DNA from: Bdellovibrionaceae bacterium UBA2339
GTDB lineage: Bacteria; Bdellovibrionota; Bdellovibrionia; Bdellovibrionales; JAMPXM01
Direction: 5' to 3'
DNA: 64,000 nucleotides
Assembly: GCA_002344785.1 (NCBI GenBank)
Contig: DDUL01000006.1
Span: 2,534-66,533 of the forward strand
Every line of letters begins with the position of its first letter. Within the stretch, counting starts at the first letter, position 1. The position numbers and the translations under genes are program-made. Below are positions 54,799 to 64,000 of the stretch, one piece after another. Under the pieces are notes generated by a model, which saw nothing but the letters and a program-made list of their open reading frames with translations, was not told where the DNA came from and made no database searches.

Positions 54799-56240
54799 CG
54801 GGATCCTTCCGCCGTGTCTTGCAGTGCAATTCCCATTTGCACCAATTCGTCGCGCAGCCGATCACTCTCCGCCCAATTCTTCGCATCCCGAAACGCGCGT
54901 CGCTCCGCAACCTTCGCGTCGATCGCCGCTCGATCCAATCCTTTTTGTTTGAGCAACATATCATCGAGTTTGCGCAAGAAGGCCTCAGCCGGCTGCTCAA
55001 AGAGCGACAACAACTCACCCCAGCTCGCAAAAAATTGGCGAACCGCCATCGCATTGGCGAGCGAGTCCGCCGTGACTTTTCCGGGCTTGAGCGACGCATT
55101 GAAAGCCCGCACCACATTGAACAACTCGGCAAACACTTCAGGCGTGTTGAAGTCATCCGCCATCGCCAAACGAGCCTTTTGATCGGCCGCCTCAATGGCC
55201 TTCGCCAGCGAAGCCTGCGGTGCCGTTCCAACAGCGGACCCGGCTTGGATCACACGATCCACGGCCGCAAGCGCTGAGTACACTCGCGCAAGTCCCGCCA
55301 CGGCTCGCTCAATTCCATCTTCGGAAAAGTCGCTCACCGATCTGTAGTGCACCGACAGAATCATCCACTTATAAATTTCCGCTTCGTAGGAGGAAAGAAA
55401 CTCGCGAGCCGTGCGCACATTGCCGATCGACTTCGACATCTTCTTATCGCCGAAGTTGATCATGTTCCAATGCACCCAATACTTGACGAAGTCTTTGCCA
55501 AAGCTTCCTTCGCTTTGCGCCACTTCGTTTTCGTGATGCGGGAAGATCAGATCCATGCCGCCGCCGTGAATGTCGATCTGCTCGCCAAACAAGGCCGCGA
55601 CCATCGCCGAACACTCAATGTGCCAACCCGGTCGACCCGCACCCCAAGGCGAAGGCCAAGACGGCTCGCCGGGTTTAGCCGGCTTCCAAAGCGCGAAGTC
55701 GAGTGGGTCGCGTTTTTTCTCGCCGGGCTGAATGCGCGATCCGCTTCGCAGATCATCAATGTCGCGCTTTGAGAGTTTGCCATAACCCTCAAAGGACCGA
55801 ACCGCATAGAGCACTTCGCCGTCTTCAGCGACATAGGCTTTACCTCGCTCGATGAGTTTTTCGATCATCGCCACGATTCCCGCCAAGTGCTCAGTGACTT
55901 TGGGGTTAGCCGATTGCGGCCTTAGTCCAAGCGTCGCATAGTCGCGGCGATACTCATCAATATAGCGTTCGCTGATCACCAGCGAATCCACTTTCTCACG
56001 CAAGGCTCGATCGATAATGCGATCATCGATGTCGGTGAAATTGGAAACGTACGTGACTTTGAAGCCATTCGACTCAAACCAATTTCGGATCATGTTGAAG
56101 ACAACAGGACCGCGAAAATTTCCGACATGCAAAAAATCGTAAACGGTCGGTCCACAAACGTAGATCGACACTTCGCCGGACTTGAGCGGGACAAAAATTT
56201 CCTTTTGCTTCGTCAGCGTGTTGTAAATTCGCTGTTCCAT
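54780..56240 (-). CDS. cysS: cysteine--tRNA ligase
   Basis: 486 aa. [15 protein letters not shown] (HIGH-type), [16 protein letters not shown] and KMSKSIGN. Confidence 0.95.
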   Translation of the reverse strand: MEQRIYNTLTKQKEIFVPLKSGEVSIYVCGPTVYDFLHVGNFRGPVVFNMIRNWFESNGFKVTYVSNFTDIDDRIIDRALREKVDSLVISERYIDEYRRDYATLGLRPQSANPKVTEHLAGIVAMIEKLIERGKAYVAEDGEVLYAVRSFEGYGKLSKRDIDDLRSGSRIQPGEKKRDPLDFALWKPAKPGEPSWPSPWGAGRPGWHIECSAMVAALFGEQIDIHGGGMDLIFPHHENEVAQSEGSFGKDFVKYWVHWNMINFGDKKMSKSIGNVRTAREFLSSYEAEIYKWMILSVHYRSVSDFSEDGIERAVAGLARVYSALAAVDRVIQAGSAVGTAPQASLAKAIEAADQKARLAMADDFNTPEVFAELFNVVRAFNASLKPGKVTADSLANAMAVRQFFASWGELLSLFEQPAEAFLRKLDDMLLKQKGLDRAAIDAKVAERRAFRDAKNWAESDRLRDELVQMGIALQDTAEGSRWEVAK

Positions 56241-56247
56241 CCGTCAC

Positions 56248-57702
56248 CTATCCAAGTTTTTCCGCACGACCGATCAACGAACTCTTCTTCATCATCGGCA
56301 CCAAAAGCTTCACTTCCGTGCCCTGCGGCTGACCGATCACCGCCACGCGAATCGGCTGGAACAAATGTTTGCCCTTAACACCCGCCAAATCTTTCACGCG
56401 ATCCTGAAGCGCCAAAAAATCAGCTTCGCTGAGCTTCTCACCCGGAAAGGCCCGCAGTTCTTGAAGCCAAGCTTGCCAAACTTTCTTCGCCTCGGGCCAC
56501 GCACAAACTTCCTGCGCTTCAGGCTTCACGCTAAAGGCCGAATCATCGAGCAATCGGTACAGCGGCACGGCGTCCGCCAAGGTCTGCATGGAAGTCTTAA
56601 AAGCATTCAGCGTTTGCTCTCGCCACGCCTGATTTTCAGCCTGCGGCAAGCTGAGCCCCGCTTCACGCAAGAAAGGCTCCACGCGCGCCCAAAGCTCTTC
56701 GGTCGGTAAGGCCCGCAGATAAGTGGCGTTCATCCACAAAAGCTTCGTCTCATCAAACACCGCCGGCGCGGGATTGAATCGCTCATGAGTGAAGAGCTGA
56801 ATCTGCTCATCGCGCGACAAGATCTCGCGTCCATCCGGCGACGACCATCCGCTCAGCAAAATGAAATTGTTGAGCGCCTCCGGCAAGTAGCCACGCAAGC
56901 GGAAGTCATTGCACGAGGTCGCACCATGGCGCTTGGAAAGCTTTTGCTTATCCGGCCCCAAGATGAACGACAAATGTCCAAACTGCGGCAACGGAAATTT
57001 GAGCGCTTCATAGATCATCATCTGGCGCAAGGTATTGGAAAGATGCTCCTCGGCGCGGAACACATGCGTGATCTGCATCAAAGCATCATCGATCACGCAG
57101 CAAAAGTTGTAGACGGGCATGCCGTTTGAGCGCACCAGAACAAAGTCGCCGACCATGTCTGAAGGAAATCGCACTTCGCCGCGCACCAAATCCTGCACGA
57201 AGTAATCGCGCTTTTCCGCCACGCGAAAGCGAATCGCTCCCGGCTCGCCTCGCGCGATTCGTGCGCGCGCTTCAGCCGGAGCGACGATCGTCGGCGGAGC
57301 TTCGATCTGAGGTGGCTTCCCTGCCGCAATCAACTTCTCTTTGATGACCTCAAGCTCGGCATCCGTACGAAAATCGTAATACGCCAAGCCTTCGTCCACG
57401 AGACGCTCGGCATACTGGCGATAGATGTCTTTTCGCAAACTCTGACGATAAGGTCCGTGTGGTCCTTGATCTTGCAGTGAATCCGGATGAGGCCCCTCGT
57501 CCCACAAAATTCCAAGCCACTTCAGATCGGCGATCTGCATGCGCATCGCCTCTTCGGTCGAGCGCTCCAAATCCGTATCTTCAATTCGCAAAATGAACTG
57601 ACCGCCATGCCGGCGAGCGTACAAAAAATTGTAGAGGGCCGTGCGAGCACCACCCACATGCAAGTAACCCGTCGGACTTGGAGCAAAGCGAACACGTACC
57701 AT
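56248..57702 (-). CDS. gltX: glutamate--tRNA ligase
   Basis: RFAPSPTGYLHVGGARTALYN (HIGH-type) and KLSKRHG (KMSKS-type). I chose ATG 57702 (MVRVRFAPSPTG); the ORF-track start at 57732 is also possible. Confidence 0.92.
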   Translation of the reverse strand: MVRVRFAPSPTGYLHVGGARTALYNFLYARRHGGQFILRIEDTDLERSTEEAMRMQIADLKWLGILWDEGPHPDSLQDQGPHGPYRQSLRKDIYRQYAERLVDEGLAYYDFRTDAELEVIKEKLIAAGKPPQIEAPPTIVAPAEARARIARGEPGAIRFRVAEKRDYFVQDLVRGEVRFPSDMVGDFVLVRSNGMPVYNFCCVIDDALMQITHVFRAEEHLSNTLRQMMIYEALKFPLPQFGHLSFILGPDKQKLSKRHGATSCNDFRLRGYLPEALNNFILLSGWSSPDGREILSRDEQIQLFTHERFNPAPAVFDETKLLWMNATYLRALPTEELWARVEPFLREAGLSLPQAENQAWREQTLNAFKTSMQTLADAVPLYRLLDDSAFSVKPEAQEVCAWPEAKKVWQAWLQELRAFPGEKLSEADFLALQDRVKDLAGVKGKHLFQPIRVAVIGQPQGTEVKLLVPMMKKSSLIGRAEKLG

Positions 57703-57858
57703 AATTGCCCTCGCCACAGTTTGTGGCTTCATCGACTTTCCTGAAATTCTCGCAGTTCAAACACAAAAACTGCGACCCTAGGCATGCGCCGCAAGGAGCC
57801 GCCACAGCCTCAGCCGTTAAGGTTGATAGGATAGCCCGATCCACCGAGCTTCAGGAAC

Positions 57859-57886
57859 GAAAAAACCCGCCGAGAACTCGGCGGGT
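57859..57886 (-). terminator. rho-independent terminator of the carD-like gene
   Basis: Inverted repeat ACCCGCCGAG / CTCGGCGGGT (57865-57874 / 57877-57886). On the minus strand it is followed by a T6 run (plus-strand aaaaaa, 57860-57865). It lies about 70 nt downstream of the stop at 57955. Confidence 0.85.
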
Positions 57887-57954
57887 TACCCCTTAGGAGC
57901 GCGACCCTTCTGAACTCTGGATTCCAACTCCCGAGTCCAACCCCTAAAACCAAA

Positions 57955-59067
57955 TTAAAGACCCAAAATCGCCTTCACTTCACCCTCTTGCTCCAGCTGA
58001 TCGCGCCCCGTGGCGAGGATCAGTTCTTTGATCAAGAGGCTGCGAGCCGTATCGAGCATCTTGCGCTCGCCAAAACTCAGCTCTTTGTCGACTTTGAGCA
58101 GGAAAAGATCCCGCAAAACTTCAGCGATCTCGCGAACGCCTCCGGTTTTAATCTTTTCCATGTACTCACGATAACGGCGGTTCCAAGTCTGATTGTCGAT
58201 CTTGACGTTGGTTTGCTTCAAGATGCCGATGACTTCTTCAGCCTCGGTCTTGGAGATGATGGGCCGTAGGCCTACGCTCTTCACGTTGCCCTGCGGGACC
58301 ATGATCTTCATGCCCGTTTCCAAAATTTGGATCGAGTAGAACGTGAGCTTTTTGCCCGCGATCTCCTTGCATTCGATCGCATTCACGCGACCAACACCAT
58401 GTCCCGGGTATACGGCGTTATCGCCCACCTTGAACTCGATCAACTCATCCCAATTGGCCGGCCGCTTCGCCACGATGGGCTGACGCGGACCTTTGGGCTG
58501 CGGAATTGGAATATTCTTAAATTCATCATCTTGTTGAGTCTGCTTCATGATCTCCGGCGAGAGCATGCTCTCCTCGTCGGACTCAACCGGCGAAGCCGTC
58601 TCCACCACCGACGTCGTCAACTCAGCCTGAACTGTCGTTTCACTGAACGAAGCCTGAATGGGCGCGGCTTCTGCCGCCACTCGAGCCGAGTTCGCCTTGG
58701 GTTTGATGTTTCGAACGACGGTCTTCACAACAGTCTTAACTGTCGCTTTCATCGCCGTATTCATGAGCTGTGTGGCCAAAGCCTCAGCCGAATCAAATGC
58801 CGCCTGTGCTGCCGACTTCGCCTTGGCTTGAGCCGACTGCGTAGTTTTGGAATTCAATGCCGAAGCCGATTTCGCATTTTTAATCGTGGACTTCGAATTC
58901 GACGCCGTTGCCGACTTCGCCTTCGACGCCAAGGCCTTCGACGTCTTAGATGACGACTTAGCTGGTGTCTTTGCAGGTTTCGAAGTGACCTTCGAAATAG
59001 CCGTAGGCTTTTTCGCGGACTTCGGGCTCGTTTTGACGGAGCGTTTTGAACTCACGCCATCCTCCAT
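57955..59067 (-). CDS. carD: CarD/CdnL-family transcriptional regulator with a 210-aa N-terminal Lys/Ala/Ser-rich (histone-H1-like) plus acidic extension
   Basis: The C-terminal 159 aa (FKVGDNAVYPGHGVGRVNAIE...NQTWNRRYREYMEKIKTGGVREIAEVLRDL...LSFGERKMLDTARSLLIKELI) is a full CdnL-type module. The same frame stays open upstream through KRSVKTSPKSAKKPTAISKVTSKPAKTPAKSSSKTSKALASKAKSA... and an acidic patch SPVESDEESMLSPEIMKQTQQDDE. I placed the start at ATG 59067; GTG 59184 is also possible. Confidence 0.75.
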   Translation of the reverse strand: MEDGVSSKRSVKTSPKSAKKPTAISKVTSKPAKTPAKSSSKTSKALASKAKSATASNSKSTIKNAKSASALNSKTTQSAQAKAKSAAQAAFDSAEALATQLMNTAMKATVKTVVKTVVRNIKPKANSARVAAEAAPIQASFSETTVQAELTTSVVETASPVESDEESMLSPEIMKQTQQDDEFKNIPIPQPKGPRQPIVAKRPANWDELIEFKVGDNAVYPGHGVGRVNAIECKEIAGKKLTFYSIQILETGMKIMVPQGNVKSVGLRPIISKTEAEEVIGILKQTNVKIDNQTWNRRYREYMEKIKTGGVREIAEVLRDLFLLKVDKELSFGERKMLDTARSLLIKELILATGRDQLEQEGEVKAILGL

Positions 59068-59311
59068 GGATCTGCCCCACCGCGCGAAAGCGTTTGGACA
59101 CAATCCCTTTTGGTTTTCCCAAGAAGGCGCGGATCGCATTGCGAACAACTCGTTCGCTTTGCTCTTCGCACCTTCATCGACCACTTCACATCGACCTAAC
59201 GAATCGGCGCGCCGTCGGCCTCACAGATTGAGGCTCAGAACTTATGCAGCGCGTTTCGCTCCAAGAAGGCATCGGCGATCTCGACCGCAATCTCACCCGC
59301 GATACCTTTCG

Positions 59312-59386
59312 CTCTCAGACCGGTCACTCTCAGACCGGTCACTCTCAGACTGGTCGCTCTCAGACCGATCGCTCTCAGACCGGCTT
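59312..59386. repeat. five tandem 15-bp repeats (CTCTCAGACCGGTCA-like)
   Basis: Units: ctctcagaccggtca x2, ctctcagactggtcg, ctctcagaccgatcg, ctctcagaccggctt. Located in the intergenic region about 245 bp upstream of the carD-like start and downstream of the S8 protease gene. Confidence 0.9.
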
Positions 59387-59662
59387 TTTGAGGGCCGCCC
59401 TAAAAGTCCCAAACTTCACCCACAAAGGAGCAAAGTTCGGCTGAGCGCAGGACGGAGTTTTACCACCGATGACACTGTCCATCAAGAAACGGGGCCACTT
59501 TACGGCAGCCTCATCCAAGAATTTCAGGGAATTTAAGATGACGAGGCCTCAATCCAAATGAGAGGCCTCTCGCATAATGCGCTGTGTAAATAGGTCAGGG
59601 GTGAGACTGACGAAATACGCCAGACCCTTGAGGAAACGAGGGGCCGGCCGCCCCTCTCGAGT

Positions 59663-61897
59663 TCACTCGGCTGTCACAATCAAAGCATAGGGCTGCTGAC
59701 CCATGGGCACATTCGCCCCTCGCACTTCGATGCGATAGTCGCCGGGATTAACCTGGAGACTCATGAACTCGTGATTGTTGGCGCGATCCTGACGATCAAT
59801 GCGCGGCCCGCTCACCGACACCAGCGACAAGTCCAAATCATTGACCAGCGCTTTGGCGGCTCCGGCGGCCCCAGGCGCATCCGTGTACACCAAGGTTGCC
59901 GTCAATCGGGCCGACTTCATCAAGCGAATGGGATAGGCGTGCACTTCACCGACGGCCAATCCTTTTCGCTCATCGATCAGCATCGAAGTTTCCAAACGCG
60001 TCGCCTGATCCGCATTCACGCGTCCAAAGCCTTGATCCATGTTGGGTCGCTCGGTGAGAAGCTCTTGCCCACGCGATGCTCCCACAGCGCCGAACTGGCC
60101 CGGAAACAAATCTTCGCTGGTATGCATGAGAATACCTTTAACCAAGGCCGCCGAGGGCTGTGTCAGCTGACGCTCCTTGCGCAGATACTCGCGCACAATC
60201 GCCGCAGCTCCCGCCACCAGTGGCGTCGACATCGAAGTTCCGCCCGACCAAGCATACAGCGAATTGTACAATCCCCAGAGCGGATCTGATTTGGGATGCT
60301 GAGACTTCAGCGACAAAATGTTCGTGCCGGGGGCAACGACCTCAGGCTTCAAGCGACCATCTTTAGTTGGTCCACGGCTTGAGAACGGCGCCAGTCCCCG
60401 CTCATTGTCCGAGAGCATTGAGCTCGCGAGCGGTTCAACGCCCCACTTCTCTTGGCCGATTTTCAACTCAATGAGCTTTCGTTGAATGCCGCCATTTTTC
60501 ACAAAGTTTTTGCTCGATCCCACAGTGAGCACGTTTTTCGCCGTGCCGGGCGACGAGATCGAGTTGCCGTCGATGCGCCCGTCTTTGTCGGCATCTTCAC
60601 CGTTGTTGCCCGCCGCGAACAGTAGCAAGAACTCGGGATTCTGGTGCATGTACTCATCCACTTGTTGGGCCATGGCATCGTAGTTTCCGAAGCCCGCGGC
60701 CGCACCCCACGAATTGGAGTGAATGCGCGCGCCCGCAGCTTGGGCTTTGCCGAACATGTCTTTGAGTTTGGAAGGCACACTCAAGTTGTCGAGCATCGGG
60801 CTCCACATCGACTGCGGAATCAGATGCGAAAGCGGAGCGGCGCCAGGAATTCCGGTGGCCGAGGCCGCACCATCACCGCCAATGGAACCGCCGACATGCG
60901 TGCCGTGACCCATCGGATCTTCCCAGCTTTTGGAGAAGAGTCCGTGGATGAAGCCTTGAGGAATTCGGCCATTCACATCTTGATGCACATTTTGCGTGTC
61001 GCCGCGATCAAAGCCGGTGTCGGCGAATGCGGCGATCTCGCCTTGGCCGCGAAGGCCTCGGGCCCACACGGCGTCGAGCTTCATGAGCTTCGTGCCTGAT
61101 TCAAAGCCTGTGAGATCTGAATAGTCTCCGGGAGTGGAGAGGAGACCGAAGCGCAAGTAGTCGTCCTTGAACCAAGGCAACTCAAGTTGCGCGAGAGGTT
61201 CGACCCATTCCACTTCGCTTTGCTTCACCAAGTCGTAGAGCGCACTTCGGCGCGCCTCAACGACCAGCGAACGTCCGGAGTTATCAAGAACTTTGATGTT
61301 CTTTGGCAGCTTGCCGATTCGCGTTTGTCCAGGGAACAGTCGCACCAACGCCCGCAGGCTCGGATCACCGCTGAAAATCGAGCTTGTGCCCAGCTCAGGC
61401 GCAAGTTTCCACCAAGGTTGATAAGGAACAAGCGCGTGAATTCGCGGCGAGGACTTGGACAGCACTTGCGCATCTTTCGGCGCCACTGAAATCACCAGCG
61501 CGTGATCCGGCAGATAACGAAGCACTTTCACTTTGAGACTGGCCAAGTTCTTCAGATCTTCGCGTTTGATGGTGTCGCGCATTTGCACGACGTAAACTTG
61601 CAGGCCCTTTGCCGGAGCACGCTTGGCTGGACGCTTTTCGCGTGTGCCCACCCAGCTGATGCCTGTGGCCTCGAGCTGCGTATCAAACATTGGCAGAGAA
61701 AAGCTCTGTGCGCTTTGGCTATGCAGATCGCGGAGATTCAAGTCGCCACCGCGCAATCGAAGCAAGGGCTCTTCGGCATGGGCGCCCCATCCGAGTAGCA
61801 GACCCAGAGACAGAACCAGGCCGATGCGTCCTGCCCGAGACAAACGATGCAATGCATTGCGTGCTTGTGAAATCACGAGGTGACCTCCCGAAGTCAT
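59663..61897 (-). CDS. secreted subtilisin-like (S8) serine protease with N-terminal propeptide-like and C-terminal beta domain
   Basis: Catalytic triad contexts AFADTGFD (Asp), HGTHVGGSIGG (His) and GGTSMSTPLVAGAAA (Ser). Signal RIGLVLSLGLLLGWGAHA. Start candidates are ATG 61897 (used here), GTG 61876 (GGGAGG SD 7 nt upstream) and TTG 61951. Confidence 0.85.
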   Translation of the reverse strand: MTSGGHLVISQARNALHRLSRAGRIGLVLSLGLLLGWGAHAEEPLLRLRGGDLNLRDLHSQSAQSFSLPMFDTQLEATGISWVGTREKRPAKRAPAKGLQVYVVQMRDTIKREDLKNLASLKVKVLRYLPDHALVISVAPKDAQVLSKSSPRIHALVPYQPWWKLAPELGTSSIFSGDPSLRALVRLFPGQTRIGKLPKNIKVLDNSGRSLVVEARRSALYDLVKQSEVEWVEPLAQLELPWFKDDYLRFGLLSTPGDYSDLTGFESGTKLMKLDAVWARGLRGQGEIAAFADTGFDRGDTQNVHQDVNGRIPQGFIHGLFSKSWEDPMGHGTHVGGSIGGDGAASATGIPGAAPLSHLIPQSMWSPMLDNLSVPSKLKDMFGKAQAAGARIHSNSWGAAAGFGNYDAMAQQVDEYMHQNPEFLLLFAAGNNGEDADKDGRIDGNSISSPGTAKNVLTVGSSKNFVKNGGIQRKLIELKIGQEKWGVEPLASSMLSDNERGLAPFSSRGPTKDGRLKPEVVAPGTNILSLKSQHPKSDPLWGLYNSLYAWSGGTSMSTPLVAGAAAIVREYLRKERQLTQPSAALVKGILMHTSEDLFPGQFGAVGASRGQELLTERPNMDQGFGRVNADQATRLETSMLIDERKGLAVGEVHAYPIRLMKSARLTATLVYTDAPGAAGAAKALVNDLDLSLVSVSGPRIDRQDRANNHEFMSLQVNPGDYRIEVRGANVPMGQQPYALIVTAE

Positions 61898-62030
61898 TTC
61901 AGTTTTCTGCACTTTACGAAAGCATGAGGGCCTTCGACTTGGAAAGCGCAAAGTGCGTAACGCAGAGTTTCTTGGTTCGTTTATTTGGTCGTTTATTTGG
62001 TCGTTTCGTTTCGCATTTCAATTGAGGAAC

Positions 62031-64000
62031 TCAGCCGATTCCCGCCAGCGAAGTGGGGCCATGCGCACGCAAGAGTTCACGTCGCAATGAAGCGTGTTCT
62101 TTAAGGCGCAGACTCGGGTCGCGCTCAAACACTTCAAATGCGGCCTCGCGCGCCATCTGCAGAATGCGGGCATCGCGCACAAGATTGGCGAGTTTAAATC
62201 CGGGTAGACCGGACTGGCGCGCGCCAAGAAATTCACCGGGTCCACGAATCTCCAAGTCACGTTCGGCGATCACAAAGCCGTCGGTGGACTCTTCCATGAT
62301 CTTGACTCGATCGCGGGCCTCTTCGCTCACCGCATAGCCCAGCATCAACAGGCAATAGCTTTTGTGTTCACCGCGACCCACGCGCCCGCGAAGCTGATGC
62401 AATTGCGAAAGCCCAAAACGCTCAGCATGTTCAATCACCATGATGTTCGCGTTGGGCACATCCACACCGACTTCGATGACTGTGGTCGAGACAAGAATTT
62501 GAAATTCACCGGCGCGAAAGCGGCGCATGACTTGGTCTTTTTCGTCGGGCTTCATGCGACCGTGCAAAAGTCCAAGCTGATATTCGGGAAACTGCTTTTG
62601 CAAATCTTCAAAGGCCGTGACGGCATTCTTCAGATCAATCTTCTCGCTTTCGGCAACGAGCGGGTAAACAAAGTAGGCTTGGCGCCCCTTGGTGATTTGC
62701 GCGCGCACGAACTCCAGCATTTTCCCACGATGCGATTCAAACCCGACACGAGTTTGGATGGGCGAGCGACCTTTAGGCAACTCATCGATCACCGACACAT
62801 CCAAGTCGCCATAGACCGTCATCGCCAAAGTTCGCGGAATCGGCGTCGCCGTCATGATGAGAAAGTGAGGTGATTGGCCTTTGCTCTTGAGTCGAGCGCG
62901 CTGCTCAACACCGAAGCGATGTTGTTCGTCGATGATCACAAGTCCTAGATTTTTGAAGTGAACGGCGTCTTCAATCAAAGCGTGTGTGCCGATGAGCAGA
63001 TGGATCTCGCCTCGCTCCAGCAAGGCCAAAGCTTGCGCACGTTCGCGCGCCTTCAGCGAGCCGGTGAGCAGTCCCACCTTCAGGCCCAGTGGCTCCAACA
63101 GGCGGCGCGCCGTTTGATCGTGCTGTTCGGCTAAAATTTCCGTCGGCACCATCAGTGTGGCTTGATAGCCCGAGGCCACAGCCACCAAGGCCGCCATCAG
63201 TGCAACCATCGTCTTACCGCTGCCGACATCTCCCTGCACGAGGCGATGCATAGGCCGAGCCGGATCACGATCGCACAGATCCGCAACGATTTCTTGAAAG
63301 GCGCGCTTTTGCGCACCCGTCAGTTCAAAGGCGAGATTTCGCACCAATGCATCGACCAAACTCAAATCGCGACGCATTTTGATTCCGGCCTCGCGCGCCA
63401 CTTCTTGTTTTCGCGACGCCAACCAAAGTTCAAGCCAGAAGAATTCTTCGAAGATGAGTCGCCGATGCGCAGGAGTTTTGAACTCGGCAAGCTCGGGACC
63501 CGAGTCTTTGTGCGGGCGATGCGCTTGCAAAAGCGCCTCATAGCGAGGCGGCAATTCATAGCGCGTGCGCATCCATGCGGGTAGAAGTTCCAGCTGATCT
63601 CGCTCAGCCACTAGACCCGTCAGCGCCTCTTGAATCATTTTTCGCAGTTGCCGATTGGTGACACCTTCGGTTTCCGGATAAATCGGCACGATGACATCGT
63701 CATCGGCGTAAGTTTCTGGCGTGTCGTCTTGCAGGTCGGGATGATGAAACTCGATGCGACCTCGGTAATTGAGCACGCGGCCAATCACGCGAACTTTTTG
63801 ATTGGGCTGAAAGCGCTCGAAGTAGCCTTTGTAAGGCACGCGGAAGTATTTGCAGTGAATCTTGCCTGTGCCGTCGCGTACGACAATGTCCCAAATCTTG
63901 CGGCGGCTCTTTCCCATCGCAAAGCTCGTCACGCCGATCACTTCAGCTCGCAGACTCACCAATTCCCCGGGTTGGAGTGAATCGATGGATCTGGCCGCAC
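62031..64000 (-). CDS. recG: ATP-dependent DNA helicase RecG (5' end beyond the window)
   Basis: Wedge/OB region (VRDGTGKIHCKYFRVPYKGYF), TGAQKRA, Walker A GDVGSGKT, DEQHRFGV, TATPIPRT and HGRMK...VIEVGVDVPNA...QLHQLRGRVGRG. The ORF-track TTG at 63962 is not the start: the frame remains open to position 64000. Confidence 0.93.
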   Translation of the reverse strand, partial: AARSIDSLQPGELVSLRAEVIGVTSFAMGKSRRKIWDIVVRDGTGKIHCKYFRVPYKGYFERFQPNQKVRVIGRVLNYRGRIEFHHPDLQDDTPETYADDDVIVPIYPETEGVTNRQLRKMIQEALTGLVAERDQLELLPAWMRTRYELPPRYEALLQAHRPHKDSGPELAEFKTPAHRRLIFEEFFWLELWLASRKQEVAREAGIKMRRDLSLVDALVRNLAFELTGAQKRAFQEIVADLCDRDPARPMHRLVQGDVGSGKTMVALMAALVAVASGYQATLMVPTEILAEQHDQTARRLLEPLGLKVGLLTGSLKARERAQALALLERGEIHLLIGTHALIEDAVHFKNLGLVIIDEQHRFGVEQRARLKSKGQSPHFLIMTATPIPRTLAMTVYGDLDVSVIDELPKGRSPIQTRVGFESHRGKMLEFVRAQITKGRQAYFVYPLVAESEKIDLKNAVTAFEDLQKQFPEYQLGLLHGRMKPDEKDQVMRRFRAGEFQILVSTTVIEVGVDVPNANIMVIEHAERFGLSQLHQLRGRVGRGEHKSYCLLMLGYAVSEEARDRVKIMEESTDGFVIAERDLEIRGPGEFLGARQSGLPGFKLANLVRDARILQMAREAAFEVFERDPSLRLKEHASLRRELLRAHGPTSLAGIG

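Noticed and set aside
58327-59536. Plus-strand ORFs 58327-58953 and 58847-59536 opposite the carD-like N-terminal extension
   Set aside because: They are Arg/Leu/Phe-rich mirror frames of the Lys/Ala/Ser-rich low-complexity coding sequence. The minus-strand frame is continuous with a bona fide CdnL module, so I assign coding to the minus strand.

Overview
The window reads as chromosomal DNA from a moderately GC-rich Gram-negative bacterium. The gene content (delta-60-repeat adhesin, CarD/CdnL-type regulator, SpoIID, prepilin-type proteins) is most reminiscent of Bdellovibrionota or Myxococcota-like lineages, but that cannot be verified from the sequence alone. I can support about 50 protein-coding genes, 2 tRNAs (Val-CAC, Cys-GCA), several intrinsic terminators and several short tandem-repeat tracts. 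I saw no rRNA, CRISPR array, transposase, phage gene or recognisable defence system. Housekeeping blocks: rluA-like/grx/mutM, sohB, greA, nrnA/bfd/gloB/mazG-like/cysQ, rpmG, xerD-like, nfeD-SPFH-spoIID, a very tightly packed gltX-cysS-uvrB-X-uvrC string, a CHASE2 cyclase, an S8 protease and recG (which runs off the right edge). Three accessory-looking regions deserve attention. (1) At 14.1-23.6 kb, a 1844-aa lipoprotein adhesin is followed by a CRTAC1-type FG-GAP/ASPIC protein and two polytopic membrane proteins. One of these looks like an orphan RnfD/NqrB homologue, and the last three genes are joined by ATGA overlaps. (2) At 25.5-34.2 kb, a Sec-signal-bearing FlgC-like rod-protein homologue lies next to an operon. 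The operon encodes a giant pilin-anchor-like protein, two prepilin-type proteins and a Ca-loop protein, and is bracketed by two predicted OM beta-barrels. (3) At 34.2-36.6 kb, a repeat-dense intergenic tract abuts tRNA-Cys and a ComM/YifB paralogue with degenerate ATPase motifs. Also unusual are a CarD/CdnL-family regulator with a long N-terminal histone-H1-like extension, and a secreted SGNH-like protein nested between uvrB and uvrC. All family assignments rest on motifs read by eye, and no database search was run. Start codons are often uncertain because many ORF-track starts are TTG or GTG.
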